Assembly: GCF_009914755.1 (NCBI RefSeq)
Contig: NC_060935.1
DNA from: the human T2T-CHM13v2.0 reference genome, Homo sapiens
Reading direction: 5' to 3' (one strand)
DNA: 64,000 bases
The position numbers were made by a program, and so were the translations under genes. This document shows positions 56,331 to 64,000 of the stretch, in pieces. Position 1 is the first letter of the stretch; the number at the start of each line of letters is the position of its first letter. A model generated the notes under the pieces. That model was not told the DNA's origin. It searched no databases and saw nothing but the letters and a program-made list of their open reading frames with translations.

Positions 56331-57888
56331 GCAAACATAAAGTTAAATTTAGCACTAAGGAATACCTTAGGCCACGTGCCTTCCTGCCATAGAGTCCCTT
56401 CAGTAATGAATCTGGGACAGAACATGTGGGGCCACTCTTAAAAGCTATAGAGGCAGGTGGAAGGCCACAGCCAGACCAAAATGTGTAACTTGAGACATAC
56501 AAAGGGAGAAAAGGATAAAGAGTTAAAAATCTAGGACAGGAAATTTCATAGAAAAGGAAGGGAAACAGTGACACTCTCCAGTTTTGGCCTGAGCATATAA
56601 AATTATTTGCCTCTGAAGCCCTGAGATCCTAGGCCAAAATAAAACAAAACAAATAAAATTAAACATCACGATAACTTCAAAGCCTTCGTTTCTACATAAG
56701 CAGGAACTGAGGAGGAAACTGAAGCATTGGGCTGCCTAGGTATATGATCATTGCAATGTCTCTAGGTGGATGGATGAGTGCCTGGGGAGCAGCATAGACT
56801 GATCTCTTGCTTCTACTTCTAAATCATGGACTTCCCCTATCATCTACCTAACAATGTTGGACCCTGCAATTTCAACCTCTGAATTTTGTGATACTTATTA
56901 TATGCAGTTTTCAAGCTCTCTTTAGTTTGCTTTTTCTTAGGTGGAGAAAAGACTCATTCAAGTTGATGTTGATAGTGGATATCACCCCATCAGATACTAT
57001 GATCATAAGATTAGAGCTTGGAGAGCCCCAAAGAGTATCTGGTCTTCTTTTTCAAGCTGAGGATACAGAAAGCCCAGAAAAAAACATGATTTGCTGAAGG
57101 TTACCTACATAGTGAGTAAATGCATGAGAATGAGAAGCCAGGTATTTTGCTTTCTGTGATCACTCTTATCAGAGGAAATTCTTATGGTTGCACTTATGAC
57201 AGCTGCATTAAGAGTCTGTACAATGGAAAGCTTTGGAGGAGCTGTTAAACATATGGAGTCTAAGGAAATGAGAGTCAGAGAGACGGCTTCAACTTATCCC
57301 TTATCTATAACTTGGCAGTAGAGCTTTCAAGAGCTCCAACCGCCAAAGCTATGGTTTGCTTTCTGAATTGCTGAAACCACAGTGAAAAAGGAGAAATAAC
57401 AGGAGTGTACAGATTTTTCTGTGTTCTTTGGCTTTCACATTTATCTGGTCCAATAAATTCAACAGGTATTTCACTGCAAGTTGAAGTTGAATGATAATGT
57501 ACAACTATGAGGTATATTTTCTCAGCCATTTCTCTGAAATAGAGTGAATAATGTTAAGAGAATCTCTCAAGGATCATCTTGTACCTTCTGAGTTTCTACA
57601 AATAATATATTAAAAAAAGTAAAAAAAATTATCAGAAAAGACCAACCTTATCTTTTTTTTATTTTTTTATTTTTTATTACTATTATTATACTTTAAGTTT
57701 TAGGGTACATGTGCACAATGTACAGGTTAGTTACATATGTATACATGCGCCATGCTGGTGCGCTGCACCCACTAACTTGTCATCTAGCATTAGGTATATC
57801 TCCCAATGCTATCCCTCCCCCCTCCCCCAAACCCACAACAGTCCCCAGAGTGTGATGTTCCCCTTCCTGTGTCCATGTTTCTCATTGT

Positions 57889-61792
<3,904 letters not shown>

Positions 61793-61852
61793 TCATCTAC
61801 TAGAAGAGTCCAGTGAAAGGAAGAATCAGGTGACATCTCTGATAATTGCCCA

Positions 61853-61923
61853 GATACCAAAGCCAGGCAGAGACACAACCAAAAAAGAGAATTTTAGACC
61901 AATATCCTTGATGAACATTGATG
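61853..61923 (+). mobile_element. 71-bp inverted L1 ORF2 fragment
   Basis: Reverse complement of 60388-60458 with 2 mismatches; encodes [23 protein letters not shown]. Confidence 0.92.
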
Positions 61924-62409
61924 TATGTCCTTTCCTGGAGTCTTATAAGACCAACTGTCTTATAAAGAAATGCCTCTTTAGGAAACTATAGACTTCTAAC
62001 ATAATATATGCATTGTCATCCTTCCCAAACCAACTTGCTTTTTTGCAAAGGTCATTAAAGTGAATCATACATTTATTTTGAAAGTCAGTAGAGTTAGGCT
62101 GAATCAAAGAGAGAAACATTTGTCATAGGGTTTAAGTGGGTTTTTTTTTTCATATTTTCTATGGACTTGTTTGGACTGATTATTTTTTCATGTTCACTAT
62201 CCTAGAAAAATCATCTTCCAAAAGCCAGTTCCATACCTCATACATACTCTCAGCACTTGACTCAATTCTATTTATTCTTAAAGTTTTAACCCTTCTAAAT
62301 GTCTCTAACTGATTTAATTGCTCCCTTTTTTGCCTTCCCATAATATTTTGTTGATGCAAGTGTCATTAATGTCAATTGAGTAAATGAATGAATTGACCAA
62401 TGAGCACAA

Positions 62410-62655
62410 TGGCATACTTTACTGTGAGGGTAACGACTCTGGAATCAAAAGAATCTGAGTTTAAATTCTGGCTTTACCATTTGGGAGCTCTTTGACTGTG
62501 AGTAAACCCCTTGACTCTCAGTGCCTCAGAACCCTCATCTGTAGAATGGGAATAACAATAGTTACCCTGCAAAGAAGTGATGAGATTTAGATGTCATACA
62601 CAGAATGCACTCAGCACAGCTTACTTAAAAAGGGGCTCAATAAATGCTATTATTA
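62410..62655 (+). mobile_element. MIR SINE
   Basis: 'gactctggaatc...tctgagtttaaattctggcttt...cctcatctgtagaatgggaataacaatag...gctcaataaatg'. Confidence 0.75.
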
Positions 62656-63608
62656 GCTTACTGTATTATAGTTAATTGTGCATGCAATTTTATTTTATAA
62701 GCAATAGAGAGTCGCTGAAGCTTATTAAGCAAGGAAATGGCATTAGAAAGGTGTTTTGGAATCCAAACTAGGAAATACTAAGGAAATGAAAAGCTAACAA
62801 GTAACCTAGATAAATAAGCAAGAACAAAGTCATACACTTAGTTATATCACCCTGGCAAAATGAACACAGCCTGAGAGAAAATGCCTAGTAATTAGCAAAA
62901 GCAGTTCCTGGGATCCTTGCCACTTCCTCTATGAAGAGGATTGGAGAACAGGCCAAAGAATTAGAAGACTTGTTTTGTGCTGTTTTTCTCCTACTTAGCA
63001 GCTGTGTCCCTAAGTAACCCACCTAGCCCAATGACTGCTCTTGGTTTCTGGGTAGCTTTTTCTTCCTCTATTTCCTGTATCTGAGCATGGAGCTCAATAT
63101 CATTGCATAACTTGAGCTGAAGACATCCTCCACTCTCTCTATCCCAAAAGTTCAGCAAAAGTCAGTAACATGTAACCCATGCTCCAAATCTCTAATGCTC
63201 CTTAGTTGAACTTCAATATTGGTGGTACAAGACAAAAAAATTAAAATTATGAAGATGGGATATTTTACATGTAAAATGTATGATGCTTCCCTTCTGTGGT
63301 CAAATTGTAGCATTCTTTTTCAAGGGAAGCAAGGAATATATTTGAATAGGGCATGGTTGTTGAGAGGACTGCCTTACTATTGCTGAATAATAGAGAGGAG
63401 AAAAGGAAGGCAGAACAAGTAGAGACTTAAAAGGAAGGATTGGAGTTAGATATTATGGGGGAATGCCTTGAATTTCGGTATGGACATACCGACAGGCTAC
63501 ACAGAAAAGTTCTGAAAATCTTCTTCCCTAACATGCTGAAGAATAGGAGAAAAGAATCTCATACCTCGACAATTTCAGGTCACTAGGGTTGATGTTACCA
63601 CGGCATTC

Positions 63609-63775
63609 TTATATAATTATATAATTATATAATATTATATAATTATATAATACATAACTTAAAAATACATTATATGTACATTTATATATAATTTGCTTTC
63701 ATATACTTATATAGTACTCAATATATAGTCATAAATTATTTATATATATTATTTATATATACTCTATAGATACAT
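63609..63775. repeat. AT-rich (TATAAT)-like low-complexity tract
   Basis: Seen directly. Confidence 0.85.
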
Positions 63776-64000
63776 ATTAAGGTTTTAATGTGTTCCCCAA
63801 AGTTCAGGTGTGGAAACTTAATCCCCAATGCAATGCTGTTGAGAGGTGGGGCCTTTAAGAGGTAATTATGTCATGAGGAATCCTTAGAAATGGATTAACG
63901 TCTTTGTCCCAGGAGTAAGTTGTCACAGGAGTGAGTTCCTAATTAAAAAAAAAAAAAAATGAATTTGGCATCCTTTCTCTCCCACAAGTATGCTTTTTTG
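63776..64000 (+). mobile_element. MST-family (MSTD-like) LTR, runs off the window
   Basis: 'ccccaaagttc...gaaacttaatccccaatgcaa...gagaggtggggcctttaagagg'. Confidence 0.8.

Noticed and set aside
48664-57456. Weak inverted similarity between 48664-48707 and 57410-57456 (PDKC.SQ peptides)
   Set aside because: Only about two-thirds identity over ~40 bp; chance or an unrecognised old repeat.

Overview
Human (or very close hominid) nuclear DNA: AT-rich, CpG-poor and dominated by interspersed repeats. I recognise no protein-coding exon, RNA gene or CpG island, so the window is most likely intergenic or deep intronic. The species call rests on two young Alus with subfamily-diagnostic bases (AluYg6 at 13.4 kb, AluYb8 at 60.0 kb). 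Contents include 10 Alus plus a FAM and a FLAM monomer, a 5'-truncated L1PA2/3 whose ORF2 RT/C-terminal half is still open, older L1MC/L1MB/L1PA/L1PB pieces, two head-to-head HAL1-like elements, solo LTRs (MST x2, LTR1-like, LTR47-like), DNA transposon relics (MER1A, Tigger1, Charlie1, MER5) and MIR/L2/L3 fragments. Most ORFs in the track are repeat-derived or chance frames. I see no evidence of a new gene system. The best leads are mechanistic: a patchwork templated 5' junction on the L1PA, a 39-bp fold-back duplication forming a ~91-nt hairpin in a MER5 relic, a possible 3' transduction, two head-to-head retroelement pairs and a CpG-retaining CTCF-like site. Subfamily names come from recalled consensus sequences and need RepeatMasker/Dfam confirmation. 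Boundaries of old repeats are approximate.
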